Origin: an uncultured virus (IMG/VR IMGVR_UViG_3300035696_002359)
Taxonomy: Duplodnaviria; Heunggongvirae; Uroviricota; Caudoviricetes
Direction: 5' to 3' (one strand)
Length of the DNA: 64,000 bases
Virus record (IMG/VR): IMGVR_UViG_3300035696_002359
Part shown: positions 19,874 to 29,607 of the stretch, one piece after another
Position numbering within the stretch: position 1 is the first letter of the stretch
How the letters are laid out: each line of letters begins with the position of its first letter
The notes under the pieces: model-generated
Databases searched by the model: none
Told to the model about the DNA's origin: nothing
What the model saw: only the letters and a program-made list of their open reading frames with translations
Translations under genes and position numbers: made by a program

Positions 19874-20863
19874 ATGGCCACATCGTTCGACAAAGATGCT
19901 GTGAGGAGAACCATCTACAAGCAGTGGTTCGGGGACAAGCGGTATATCGACTTGCTGTCCGTCAGCAGCAAGTCATTGCCGCTCACCTTTGCTGAACGAT
20001 TGGTCATGAGCTTTGCCACCTGGGTCAATCGCATGAAGCCGGGCGAAGCAAAGCCCTTGTCGGTGATCGCCGACCGACTGCACCTGGGAAAACGACAGGT
20101 CGCCCGAGCAGTCCAAAGTCTCGAGGAGAAGGGATTGGTCACCACGGTCAAAGGTAAAGCGAATGCCACGCTGCTTCTTCCAACCGGCGAAAGTCGCGAC
20201 CAATACTTCGTGGTTAAAGCCGGTCGCCCCTCGTCAAGTCGCCTCTATCTTCTCAATGGCAATGCGGCGATTACGACACGGGATGCCGCGCTGCTGATGG
20301 CTTTGTACTCCATCGCTGCTGCCAGGGGAACCACCTTTCTCCAAAACCGAAAGCGGGGCTTGGCAAAACTCGCCTCGATCTCCCGATCCCAGGTGGATGT
20401 CTCGTTGGAAAGGTTGAAGATGGCGGGCGGATTGGTTGTCGGTGCCGACCATCTTGCATTGAAACAGCCGTCGAAGGAGTTCTTGGCGAACTTTCAGGAT
20501 CGAGGGTGCAATTGCAAACCGAGCGGTGAACGTGGTCGGCTATTCTCGGTCGCGGCCAACTTTCCAGGCAACAACGAGGTCGCGCAATGGATTAACGACA
20601 ATATTGCCGAATGGCAGGAGCGGCAAATCGCCGCCGGATGGTCGCTGGCCGAGTGTAAAGATTACTGGAAAACGACCCTGTTTGGCAACGATCCTGATCC
20701 CAGTGTGTGGAAGGACTTTATCCTGTTTCGTCTTCCTGTCCTTTGGATCACCGCCCAGGAGCAGCACGCCGAAACGGGACGGACGAAGACGTGCCGCCAC
20801 CTCCTGACGAGCCTGTCCAACCAAACTATTGAAGATCTGATTCGTGAAAGGAGCACATTATGA
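19874..20863 (+). CDS. Tandem winged-helix protein, candidate replication initiator
   Basis: Two wHTH-like segments (LSVIADRLHLGKRQVARAVQSLEEKGLV; GLAKLASISRSQVDVSLERLKMAG); iteron-like repeats ~460 bp downstream. Confidence 0.5.
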   Translation: MATSFDKDAVRRTIYKQWFGDKRYIDLLSVSSKSLPLTFAERLVMSFATWVNRMKPGEAKPLSVIADRLHLGKRQVARAVQSLEEKGLVTTVKGKANATLLLPTGESRDQYFVVKAGRPSSSRLYLLNGNAAITTRDAALLMALYSIAAARGTTFLQNRKRGLAKLASISRSQVDVSLERLKMAGGLVVGADHLALKQPSKEFLANFQDRGCNCKPSGERGRLFSVAANFPGNNEVAQWINDNIAEWQERQIAAGWSLAECKDYWKTTLFGNDPDPSVWKDFILFRLPVLWITAQEQHAETGRTKTCRHLLTSLSNQTIEDLIRERSTL

Positions 20864-21330
20864 GCTATGCTAACAGTCTGGGCGTGTTGAAGACGATTTC
20901 CCAGGACAAGTACATCGGTGCCATCCGAGATGGGATTGATGACCTCGGCGCGAAGATGGAAGCAGCGGGATACAAGCCGACCGACATCCGACGATATTTC
21001 AGGATGGTGCTTGCCAAGTTGGCCGGAACGCGTCTCGCCGACTATTGTTGGGACTTCTTTGTCTGGAGCCGGGCCAACATGTTGTTCCGCTATGCGGAGG
21101 AGAATTACGACCGGCAGTATCCTAATAGTCTCGGGCTGCTCTGGACGATCACCTTTGACCCTGACGAGGGCATTGACCGATGCCGCTGGGACGTGAACTA
21201 CTTGGAACACGGCACGGCCACGGAGGAGCATTTGGAGAAAGCTCGCCAGAAGGAAGAGGTTCTTCGCCAAAAATTCCTCCGGGAACATGGCGGTCTCACC
21301 ATCTTGGTGGACGATTCCTTGCGGAAGTAG
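20860..21330 (+). CDS. Hypothetical protein, translationally coupled to the wHTH gene
   Basis: ATGA overlap, AGGAG RBS. Confidence 0.65.
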   Translation: MSYANSLGVLKTISQDKYIGAIRDGIDDLGAKMEAAGYKPTDIRRYFRMVLAKLAGTRLADYCWDFFVWSRANMLFRYAEENYDRQYPNSLGLLWTITFDPDEGIDRCRWDVNYLEHGTATEEHLEKARQKEEVLRQKFLREHGGLTILVDDSLRK

Positions 21331-21407
21331 TTGTGCCATTCTGGAAGCCAGTTGTGCCATTCTGTAAAGTAGTTGCTCCTTTCTGTAAAACAGTTGCTCC
21401 GATTTCG
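21324..21407. repeat. Four 21-bp direct repeats (iteron-like) followed by an AT-rich patch
   Basis: AGTTG cores at 21329, 21350, 21371, 21392 (AGTTGTGCCATTCTG x2, AGTTGCTCC x2), then CAATAACTACCTATATAAC. Confidence 0.8.
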
Positions 21408-22015
21408 ACACAATAACTACCTATATAACGACCTCGGAAAATGACCTATTGATGCCTTACCGCAGAAAAGGGTCGCCTTGCGGCTGGGGATCTGAGGGAA
21501 GGGCAACGTCGGGTCAGGCGAACGGCCATTGTGGTCATTGTGTTTCAATGTGGTTCACGCTCTGCCCAAACCATCTCTGACCTGCTCGCCGATCCAGGCC
21601 GGGCAAAGGCTTGGTCAGACTAATAACCATCAGGGCCAGGGCAGCCTGCATCATGCCACCCTCAGCTTGTCTTAATAAGAAGCAGCCTCCCGCAAAGTAA
21701 CCAACCTCTGCTCAAACGTGTGGCGCCGCCGCCCGTTCAGCCCAGGCCGAGATTCCACTATTAACCGCCGTGGCTTCGGCTGATTTCCCTCAGCCGCGAT
21801 CATGCTTCACCTGCCCAACAGCACAGGCCCAGCAATGGCCGAGCCAGATCCCAGATCAGCCGTCAGCGCATCTGGTCAACGCTCGGCGGTTCTCGTTTCG
21901 GATTGCCCGTTCCTGACTGTCTCGGCGACGGATTGGGCCGGTGGAGTGGTGACCGCACAGTAAGGGACAGAACTTCCACGAAGTGTTTCGCCGCCCCGTT
22001 CGCCCCCGCCGCTCC

Positions 22016-22243
22016 TCAATCTCGTTCGCCGCCGATCAATCGTCGCAGTTCCTCGATTTGATCCAGGCCATAGTAGAGCCGCTTGCCTCGGCCAATTGCG
22101 GTTCCTGGTTTGGGCCATGCCCCAGATCGGACTCGCCCGAAAAACGACCAAATATCGACATTGAGGATGCCTGCTGTTTCCGTCTGCGTAAAGAGCCCCG
22201 CCCTTTGCCGCAATTCTCGCGCGTCGAGTCGATGTGTTTTCAT
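22016..22243 (-). CDS. Small AlpA-like HTH protein
   Basis: GLFTQTETAGILNVDIWSFFGRVRSGAWPKP..RLYY; GGAGG RBS. Confidence 0.65.
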   Translation of the reverse strand: MKTHRLDARELRQRAGLFTQTETAGILNVDIWSFFGRVRSGAWPKPGTAIGRGKRLYYGLDQIEELRRLIGGERD

Positions 22244-22344
22244 ATTACCTCCGGCCTATTCCATATAGTAGTCCCAATTCTCGCCAAAATTGCCGGTGAG
22301 ATTTTGGAGCGACCGGCATAGATACATGAGACACAGGAGGCCAA

Positions 22345-22740
22345 ATGAAACTCACGTACCAGCAATTTCTGCAAACCGACATCTGGAAACGCACAGCGCA
22401 GAGCGTGATCTGCAGAGCCGGAGGTCAGTGCGAGCGGTGCTACACGACCCACGGGCCATTTCACGCCCATCACATCACCTATCTCGCTGGCAATCGGCCC
22501 GACGTACCAAGTTGGATTCCGCGAGGCTGGCTGCCGGAATATCCGTGGCTTCTCTGCCTATGCGAGGATTGCCACCGGCACATGCACTCGCTCCGGTTCC
22601 TGCCGCGTTTTCGGGAGACAAGCCGAATTCTTCAAAGTCGCAAAACCGACGAGAAACGGCGCCTCATCGTGATCGAATTACCGTTCACCGACTTTGGAAC
22701 AGAAAACGCCTGGATTATGTGCCAGGGGCGGCTTGCCTAA
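22345..22740 (+). CDS. HNH-type endonuclease/zinc-binding protein
   Basis: CERC..FHAHHITY..LCLCEDCHRHMH; AGGAGG RBS. Confidence 0.75.
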   Translation: MKLTYQQFLQTDIWKRTAQSVICRAGGQCERCYTTHGPFHAHHITYLAGNRPDVPSWIPRGWLPEYPWLLCLCEDCHRHMHSLRFLPRFRETSRILQSRKTDEKRRLIVIELPFTDFGTENAWIMCQGRLA

Positions 22741-23215
22741 CGACGTACCCTTCACCTCCTTCGCGAGTAGTCGCGGTTGCGAGTTTAGAACTGAAATATA
22801 GCCGCACATTCGCACTGAACACATGGCATCGGACCCCCGTCACGCTTCTCCACTTCCACAATTAGTCCAATTTTTGTCCGTCACGCAATGCGGTATTCTA
22901 GGTCATACACGGCCCTGAAGTCATGGCTGATGTTGAGACTGAGGTAGCGAAGGGCTGGCCGTACCAACCAGATTGATAACTCGTATATCCCTGGCACTTC
23001 TGCTCCCGCAGCCCCTCTGCCAGACGATGGGCCACCGGTTGATTGGCCAAGCAATGGTTTCTGAGCAGGAAGCGTGGGCGAAGAAGATGACGAGGAAGGT
23101 GTCATTCTATCGGTTTATTGCGAGAACGATGAGCAGAGCAGAACCTGCTCGATGAGTCTTGGTGAGTGCTGATGAGTTGGACTAAGAGAGCGTTTTTGTT
23201 ACAAGGAGATAGGTT

Positions 23216-23758
23216 ATGGCAAATTGGGATAATCATAGGCTCAGCGCAGTTGGGCCGCCGAAGGAAATGGCGCGGTTCGTAAACGACTTTGAGATCGTTT
23301 CTGGTGCAATCGATATGGGAACCGGTGAAGTGCTTGAAGGATGGGGGCGAAAGCCGTGGATCAAGCTCGGCCCCGGTCGCCACATTATCGAGAAATGCGC
23401 GGTCGGGCTATGTTGCGTCGAGATTGACTTTGAGTCGGCCAACTTTGTTTGGCCGGAGGGAATGTATCGCGCGTTGGTGAGGGAGTACCCTACGCTGCAT
23501 TTCCAGTGGCGTTATTGGCTGGATGCGGACTGTGGGGTCGGTTATGTCGACGAGACCGGCGATCATCGCTACCACGAAGATCTCATGGGGGAAGACGTAG
23601 CCATAGAGCTAGTCCCAGAATCAGAGTATCCAGATAGGGCGATAGAGGCAGAACGGGCGGGAGAGCCACTTGCGGAAGCAGACCGCGAAGCGGCGGACAA
23701 CGTCGCATTCCAAGCGATCTGGGAACGGGAAAGGGATGACATCCATGATGATGAATAG
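23216..23758 (+). CDS. YubB/DUF1281-like protein
   Basis: MANWDNHRLSAVG..IDFESA..LVREYPTLHFQWRY. Confidence 0.55.
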   Translation: MANWDNHRLSAVGPPKEMARFVNDFEIVSGAIDMGTGEVLEGWGRKPWIKLGPGRHIIEKCAVGLCCVEIDFESANFVWPEGMYRALVREYPTLHFQWRYWLDADCGVGYVDETGDHRYHEDLMGEDVAIELVPESEYPDRAIEAERAGEPLAEADREAADNVAFQAIWERERDDIHDDE

Positions 23759-23806
23759 AACCGAAGCTGAAGTCCGTGATAGTGAACAACAACAAAGGAA
23801 GATGGC

Positions 23807-24109
23807 GTGGAGACAAGAATCAGGTTTTCCACCGCGTGGTCGCCACCAATTCCTGTAATCGCGGCGGCGTCTCGTCTTTATCCTCACTTGACCTTGACGC
23901 TAATCTATTGCGAATGCTCAATGGAATTCGCCGGAGATGCCACATTCGTTGGAGGGAGTGAGAGGGAAAGCAATCACTACGAGGGTGGGCCAGAATATCG
24001 ACGGATTGTTGCTGACTTTGGCTGGGAGGCAGATGAAGAAGAAGGCGACAACAGCCTCATCTTTTCAGAGAATGAGCCGCCCGTCGACTGGGCAAAGGAA
24101 GGGTTCTAA
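23807..24109 (+). CDS. YubB-like ferredoxin-fold C-terminal domain (possibly a fragment)
   Basis: FSTAWSPPIPVI..YPHLTLTLIYCE..FAG signature. Confidence 0.55.
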   Translation: METRIRFSTAWSPPIPVIAAASRLYPHLTLTLIYCECSMEFAGDATFVGGSERESNHYEGGPEYRRIVADFGWEADEEEGDNSLIFSENEPPVDWAKEGF

Positions 24110-24110
24110 T

Positions 24111-25319
24111 ATGCCATTCCAAGAATCCGTGATTGAAAAAGAAAAGCAATCGCTCCTGACGTTGGTTCGGGCGTTTTCAAGCGACCGTCTTCCGGTTCAC
24201 TTCTGGCGCGGCGAATGGTTCGTCTGGACAGGGACACACTATGAGCAGGTCGCACAGCAAGGCATTGCGCAACGGGCGATGGCCTTCTTGGAACAGAAAT
24301 CAACATCCCCCGTAAATGGCTCGATGATTCGCCGATTTCTTGATCTGCTGCAAATCGTTCGGTATGCCGATCACCCAACGGCACCATGCTGGCTGACTTC
24401 GGGGCGCTCGCCCGCGCCGACGGAGTTGTTTGCCGTCAATAACGGGTTATTGCACGTTGCGGCCACCGCCTCGGGCGGTCCAGAACTTCTGCCCCACGAT
24501 CCGGCGTTCTTTGGCCTATCGGCGGTATCCTACGATTATTGCCCAACAGCCGGTTCTCCTCGTTGGCGGAGATTTCTGGATCAACTGTGGGGTGATGCGA
24601 CGGCGCCGGTCCAATTGCTGCAAGAGTGGTTTGGCTATTGTCTGTTGCCGGATACATCTCAGCAGAAGATCCTGGCGATCAACGGGCCCCTGAGGAGTGG
24701 GAAAAGCACCATCACCCGAGTCCTTCGGGCATTGCTTGGAAGCCGCAACGTCGCGTGTCCATCCATTCGGTCTCTAAGCGGTCAGTTTGGCCTCTGGGGA
24801 CTGCTCGATAAACTTGTGGCAATCGTGCCTGACGCGATGCTGCTTCGTCCATGTCCGGCATTGGAAGATCTGTTAAAGAGCATCAGCGGCGAAGACGCCG
24901 TGGATATTCATCGTAAGGGCTTGCCTCCCCTGACTGGCGTGAAGTTGCCGACTCGGCTCGTGATCGTATCCAATGACCCACCGAAGTTCTGTGATCCCAG
25001 CGGCGCGATGGATCGGCGAATGATGCAGCTTCGTACCCATCGCAGTTTTCTCGGCACAGAGGACGTAACGCTCACGAACAAGCTCCTGGGCGAATTGCCG
25101 GGGATCTTGAATTGGGCGATCGAAGGGTGGGAACGATTGCATTCAAGGGGTCGCTTTGAAGCCCCGCAGACCGTGTGCATTGATCCCACGACATTATTGC
25201 AGGCTCTCCCAGATCAAGGCCGCGTCAGCCGAATTGTCATTCAGTACCAAGACGATCATCCTCAGCGGAAGAGATCGCGGCATCATCGGCGTCGGTCCGG
25301 GTGTCAGCGAGCAACCTAG
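24111..25319 (+). CDS. P4/D5-family SF3 helicase (no N-terminal primase domain)
   Basis: AVNNGLL, YDYCP, LQEWFGYCL, Walker A GPLRSGKST, LKSISGED, VSNDPP, GAMDRR, ELPGILNWAIEG. Confidence 0.88.
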   Translation: MPFQESVIEKEKQSLLTLVRAFSSDRLPVHFWRGEWFVWTGTHYEQVAQQGIAQRAMAFLEQKSTSPVNGSMIRRFLDLLQIVRYADHPTAPCWLTSGRSPAPTELFAVNNGLLHVAATASGGPELLPHDPAFFGLSAVSYDYCPTAGSPRWRRFLDQLWGDATAPVQLLQEWFGYCLLPDTSQQKILAINGPLRSGKSTITRVLRALLGSRNVACPSIRSLSGQFGLWGLLDKLVAIVPDAMLLRPCPALEDLLKSISGEDAVDIHRKGLPPLTGVKLPTRLVIVSNDPPKFCDPSGAMDRRMMQLRTHRSFLGTEDVTLTNKLLGELPGILNWAIEGWERLHSRGRFEAPQTVCIDPTTLLQALPDQGRVSRIVIQYQDDHPQRKRSRHHRRRSGCQRAT

Positions 25320-25366
25320 GCGACGTTCGCCCAGACGGGTGTTTGTCAACAACAAGAAGTGTTGCG

Positions 25367-27178
25367 ATGGGAAAGAACCAAATGAACAAAGTGTGCCGAA
25401 AAGTTGCGCATGCGCAACTTTCTGATAGCTCAGCAGAGAAGCGTTACGAAGAACTCTGCAAGTCTATCCCCGAACACGTCGAGCAGTGTCTTCAACGTGC
25501 AAACTCCCTGATGGCCGAAATGTGGGCGATGGCCGAAGAGGTCTACGAATTGAAGGCCGTCTGCAAGGCGTTGGGTAAGCCCTATGAGAGCGAAGCCATC
25601 CGGCTTTGTGCTGGCGAAACGGACTTCCACTATCTGCGCGATCTTCATACGGCCTTCGCGGGCAATCGACGGAAGGCCCTGGAATGTGCGAAGGCTCCGT
25701 ATACTCTTTTGCGCGAATTCCGCGCCGAACGGGCGGCGAAGAACAGAGAGAAGAAACGCCCGGCCCCTGAGAATCACCATGTCGAGAATCTGAACCTCTT
25801 TCCGGCCGATCCGCGCCAGGAAATATCGGAGACCGGGGCGAGACCGGCGCTGCCGACCGGATCGTCCTTGGCCCGAAATATCGAAATGCAGCCGCACATC
25901 ATCGACGTTGTGGCCGAATTGCCCGTTTCGGTCGGCACCATTGAGCAACCGCTTGCCGCCGATGATGACGCCCATCCCGATGTCTGCCCGTCCAAGAACG
26001 TGGATGAACTTGCACGATATGAAGACGCCAAGGAAAGGGCCGAAGCCTTCATCAAGTGCTCCCTCTTTGACGGTGATGTTCACAAAGCCCTAGATTTCTT
26101 GAAGGCACACTTCCTTGAGAAGCCCGCTGATGAACATTCCGTCGCATTGCCCGATGGAAATAAGTGCGCAGACCATACCACGGCCAAAAAGGCAACCGTG
26201 TGCGGCGCGAAGCGGGTGAGGAAGCGGGCGACCGCCAAGAAGAAAACCGTCGCGGCGAAGAAGCAGGCGAATCCCGCCGATACGTCCTGGCCTCCCCCCA
26301 TTGTCTGTGGAGAAGTCTCCACGTGGGAAGAGGCAAAGAAGGGCCAGTATGTAATGTGGGGAGGGTTGGGCCGGGTAATGGTCATTGATGACGTTCAGGA
26401 TTCTGAAATCATTCTAGAAGACCCCTTTCATCCAACGGGCACATACCCGGTTTGCGTTACTCGCGAAAAGTGGGGCCAAGTGTTTGGGACAACAGAGGAG
26501 TACGTTACGAGTGCATTTATGAAGTTCTGCGGCAAGGTGCCAGAAAATAACAGTGCGGAACGGACCACGGATGAAATGGCAGGGAGGAGATTGCAGTACG
26601 TCCGGACAGATACCTCTATGGTACAACTCAAAATAGAAACCCTGTTCGATGCGGCGTGGGAGGTCTTCGGGTTCCAACATGCCCAAGTCGTCGCCGACCG
26701 AGATGATTTTCAGGCCGGAATAGAACGTCGCCTCGGCCAGGATGTAGCTGCGCAGATACAACTGCACGTTGATTCGGCTATGGGACGAAGCCAGATGGAC
26801 ACCGTCAATCCCACCATCATGGCGATGAGGGAAACCTACGAGTTACTGGCCTTGGAACAAACCATCGACGAAGTTCGACAACGGATCGACGCCAATGCCG
26901 TCTTCGTTGACCCCGGCAGCTTCTTACCGATCTTCGGGCTTTCCTGGTCGGAGGATGTTCTTCCGCTCCTCGACGGCCAAAAGAGTCCCAGCTTCATGCC
27001 GATTGAGAACGTCAAGATTTTCCTGGCGATGGTCAGGGGCGCCACACAGCGGATACGGTCCAAGGAAGGGAGCGATGGTCCGGCCAACGACGACCACTTC
27101 CGCAAATGGCGGCGGGACTTGATCGAGTTCTTAGAACGGGTGGTCAAGTTCGGGGAGCCGATATGGTGCCGTCTGTGA
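25367..27178 (+). CDS. Large hypothetical protein with Lys/Ala-rich linker
   Basis: Long uninterrupted ORF in the operon direction; start uncertain. Confidence 0.65.
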   Translation: MGKNQMNKVCRKVAHAQLSDSSAEKRYEELCKSIPEHVEQCLQRANSLMAEMWAMAEEVYELKAVCKALGKPYESEAIRLCAGETDFHYLRDLHTAFAGNRRKALECAKAPYTLLREFRAERAAKNREKKRPAPENHHVENLNLFPADPRQEISETGARPALPTGSSLARNIEMQPHIIDVVAELPVSVGTIEQPLAADDDAHPDVCPSKNVDELARYEDAKERAEAFIKCSLFDGDVHKALDFLKAHFLEKPADEHSVALPDGNKCADHTTAKKATVCGAKRVRKRATAKKKTVAAKKQANPADTSWPPPIVCGEVSTWEEAKKGQYVMWGGLGRVMVIDDVQDSEIILEDPFHPTGTYPVCVTREKWGQVFGTTEEYVTSAFMKFCGKVPENNSAERTTDEMAGRRLQYVRTDTSMVQLKIETLFDAAWEVFGFQHAQVVADRDDFQAGIERRLGQDVAAQIQLHVDSAMGRSQMDTVNPTIMAMRETYELLALEQTIDEVRQRIDANAVFVDPGSFLPIFGLSWSEDVLPLLDGQKSPSFMPIENVKIFLAMVRGATQRIRSKEGSDGPANDDHFRKWRRDLIEFLERVVKFGEPIWCRL

Positions 27179-27234
27179 CGAGCGGACCAACATAAATCCC
27201 AACGGACAGAACAAATCCTAACGGAGAGAGCATC

Positions 27235-27762
27235 ATGGCGGACAGAATGGCAGCGGAAATCTGGATCGGAGGCAAGCTCCCGCGCAGTCTGCTGGACGAG
27301 TTCCCCATCGACGATTTGCGCGTCGATTGGGACGAAAACCCAGTCGATCGGACCTCGGAAGAGACGCTGTTGGCAGGCCGTGAAGACGACTGCCTGCATT
27401 TCTGCGATTGCGAGGCGGCTTACGGCGAGTTTCAGGAATTGGAAGGTTGGTTGCGGGAACACAGCATCCCGTTCCAGCGGCAGTCGTCGGGCAAGTACGA
27501 GTATGATCCATGCTTTATGGAGTTTCGCCCCGATCTGCCGGGCACACCGGACAGGAACACGTTGACGACTCAGGAAGGTGCCCCGGTAATCTGCCATGAG
27601 GAGATTGCGAAGGCGATGCAGAGCATGGCAAAGCTGGTGAAGGACCAAAAACGGTCGGAAACGAAACGCCTTCAGGCTTGGGAGCGAATCTACAGCAAGC
27701 TGAACCGCTTGATTCCGCCGAAGTTGCCGCCCTTGCCGAAGTTCACCATCGTTGATGGCTGA
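27235..27762 (+). CDS. Hypothetical protein
   Basis: GGAG RBS; first of a tightly packed co-oriented cluster. Confidence 0.7.
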   Translation: MADRMAAEIWIGGKLPRSLLDEFPIDDLRVDWDENPVDRTSEETLLAGREDDCLHFCDCEAAYGEFQELEGWLREHSIPFQRQSSGKYEYDPCFMEFRPDLPGTPDRNTLTTQEGAPVICHEEIAKAMQSMAKLVKDQKRSETKRLQAWERIYSKLNRLIPPKLPPLPKFTIVDG

Positions 27763-28063
27763 TCCCCTTACCGAAAAGAATGGTGCCATGATTTACACCA
27801 AGGACCGAATCCTGACCGAGTTAGACGGCGTCGGCGCGCTGCTTGCGTCGTTGGCAACCGACTTGAAGGACTGCCGCGCCGTGTTACAGGTGCGGCTGAA
27901 GAAACCGCCGCCTTTCATGCCGCTGGACGAATACGATAGTCATTTCGCTAATGCCTTCACCCACATCGAGAAAGCCAAGATGGCGATCCGGGCACTTCAC
28001 CCCATTTGCCATCAGGCCGACTTCCTCAAGAAGAAGACGGAGAAGAAAGGACGACGCAGATGA
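27755..28063 (+). CDS. Hypothetical protein
   Basis: Overlaps both neighbours. Confidence 0.55.
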   Translation: MADPLTEKNGAMIYTKDRILTELDGVGALLASLATDLKDCRAVLQVRLKKPPPFMPLDEYDSHFANAFTHIEKAKMAIRALHPICHQADFLKKKTEKKGRRR

Positions 28064-28425
28064 ACACAGACCGAACTTGGAAATGTCCTGATTGCGGGAA
28101 AACAACGGAGATCAGCTACGACTGGCTGGCCGAACATGGCGGACCGGTCTGCGAGAAATGCGACTGCGACATGGAACTTCAGCCCGAGCCGGACGTGGCT
28201 GCTGTCGTGGACCGATTGACCAACAAGGCCGATGCCGCCGGGTTGGCTGCGGAAGACCTCGACGATTTGGTTCACGAGTTAGCGGCCAGTGTCGCCGCCG
28301 ATGTAAACAACGGCGGACTGGAGGACCAACTCAGGTATTTGGTCGATGGCATCGGCGCTCAACACACAGAGCGACAACTTGATGAGTTGATCGAAGGACG
28401 ACAGCAAAAGCAAGAGGACCGATGA
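28060..28425 (+). CDS. Zn-ribbon-containing hypothetical protein
   Basis: CPDC..CEKC; ATGA overlap. Confidence 0.65.
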   Translation: MNTDRTWKCPDCGKTTEISYDWLAEHGGPVCEKCDCDMELQPEPDVAAVVDRLTNKADAAGLAAEDLDDLVHELAASVAADVNNGGLEDQLRYLVDGIGAQHTERQLDELIEGRQQKQEDR

Positions 28426-28426
28426 A

Positions 28427-28672
28427 ATGCGATTCACACCTTGGCAATGTCCCGAATGTGACGAAGCCGCCCGAGGCACAGTGGAAATCATACATGGCTT
28501 GGCACTGCTCGTTTTCGATGAGGAGGGCAATGCCGATTACGAGGGCGAGACGAAGGTGGATTGGGATAGCCAGACCAGCGTGCTTGACCCTCGCGGCCAA
28601 GTCACCCTGGAATGCCCCAATGGCCATCAATGGCAGGCGTCCGCCGGTGATGTGCCCGACTGGAAACAATAG
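28427..28672 (+). CDS. Small Zn-ribbon protein
   Basis: CPEC..CPNGH. Confidence 0.65.
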   Translation: MRFTPWQCPECDEAARGTVEIIHGLALLVFDEEGNADYEGETKVDWDSQTSVLDPRGQVTLECPNGHQWQASAGDVPDWKQ

Positions 28673-28684
28673 GAGAGTAACGCT

Positions 28685-29245
28685 ATGGCAAACAATTATC
28701 TGGAGTTCTCGGCAGTCATTGAACGTCTCACCGCAGAGGAAGAGGCGTGGCTGAAGGAGCAGCTACAGCCCATCCACGTCTTCGGTGAGAAGGAATGCCC
28801 CGAGGATGCTATTCCCGCTGAATTGGCTGAGACGGAAGCGGATTGGACCGGCGCTCGCTTTCTCCGCGATAAGGAAGATTGTGATCCGCAGTGGGATGAC
28901 AGGGGTTTTGAGTACGCCTTCCATGACGATGCTGACACCAACGGCTGGGGGCGTCATCTGTGGTTTTATACGGAAGAATGGGGCGACCCTTCCAATGTGG
29001 CTTGGTTGATGCAGAAGTTTCTCAGGAAGTTTCGCGCCGACCAATGCTCGTCGCTGACCTACTCGACGACTTGTTCAAAGCCAAGGGTGGGAGAGTTTGG
29101 TGGCGGCGCGGTCTTCGTTACGGCCGACGAAATCAAGTGGGACAACGCCTATGACTTTATAGAACAGCAGCGGACCGCCTTTGAGGCGAAGAAGAAGGCT
29201 TCCCGACAGAAGAAGGCAATCCGCCGACGAAAGGATCGAAAATGA
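28685..29245 (+). CDS. Hypothetical protein
   Basis: AGGAG RBS; MANNYLEFS..TCSKPRVGEFGGGAVFV. Confidence 0.7.
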   Translation: MANNYLEFSAVIERLTAEEEAWLKEQLQPIHVFGEKECPEDAIPAELAETEADWTGARFLRDKEDCDPQWDDRGFEYAFHDDADTNGWGRHLWFYTEEWGDPSNVAWLMQKFLRKFRADQCSSLTYSTTCSKPRVGEFGGGAVFVTADEIKWDNAYDFIEQQRTAFEAKKKASRQKKAIRRRKDRK

Positions 29246-29607
29246 GCCGGTTCTACGACATGACCGTGGAAGTCTCTGGCCACAATCCAGCCCGAGCATC
29301 CGAAATCCAGGCAGCAGCCAAGGAGCAGTGGCCCTTCGACGATTGGTGGTTTCAGGACGAGGGGACCATGCAGTCGTCCGCACAGGATTACCTTTGCGGT
29401 GGTTTGAGCGAAGAGGAGTTCACCGAGCGTCTTGGCGCGGCGATTTGGCGCGCCAACGGTGATTTTTGCGAGGTCGTCGTCAGTGCCACATTCCTGGAAG
29501 AGTTGCCCTACGAAATCCACACGCTGGACCAAGCGGATTACGAACGACTGATCGAGGCGAACACAGGAAAAACGAATGATGAAGACCACACTGACTGTGG
29601 AGATTGA
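29242..29607 (+). CDS. Hypothetical protein
   Basis: ATGA overlap with the previous ORF. Confidence 0.65.
   Translation: MSRFYDMTVEVSGHNPARASEIQAAAKEQWPFDDWWFQDEGTMQSSAQDYLCGGLSEEEFTERLGAAIWRANGDFCEVVVSATFLEELPYEIHTLDQADYERLIEANTGKTNDEDHTDCGD

Noticed and set aside
21324..21407. Possible CRISPR array
   Set aside because: The repeats are contiguous 21-bp units with no unique spacers, and no cas genes are present; iteron-like instead.
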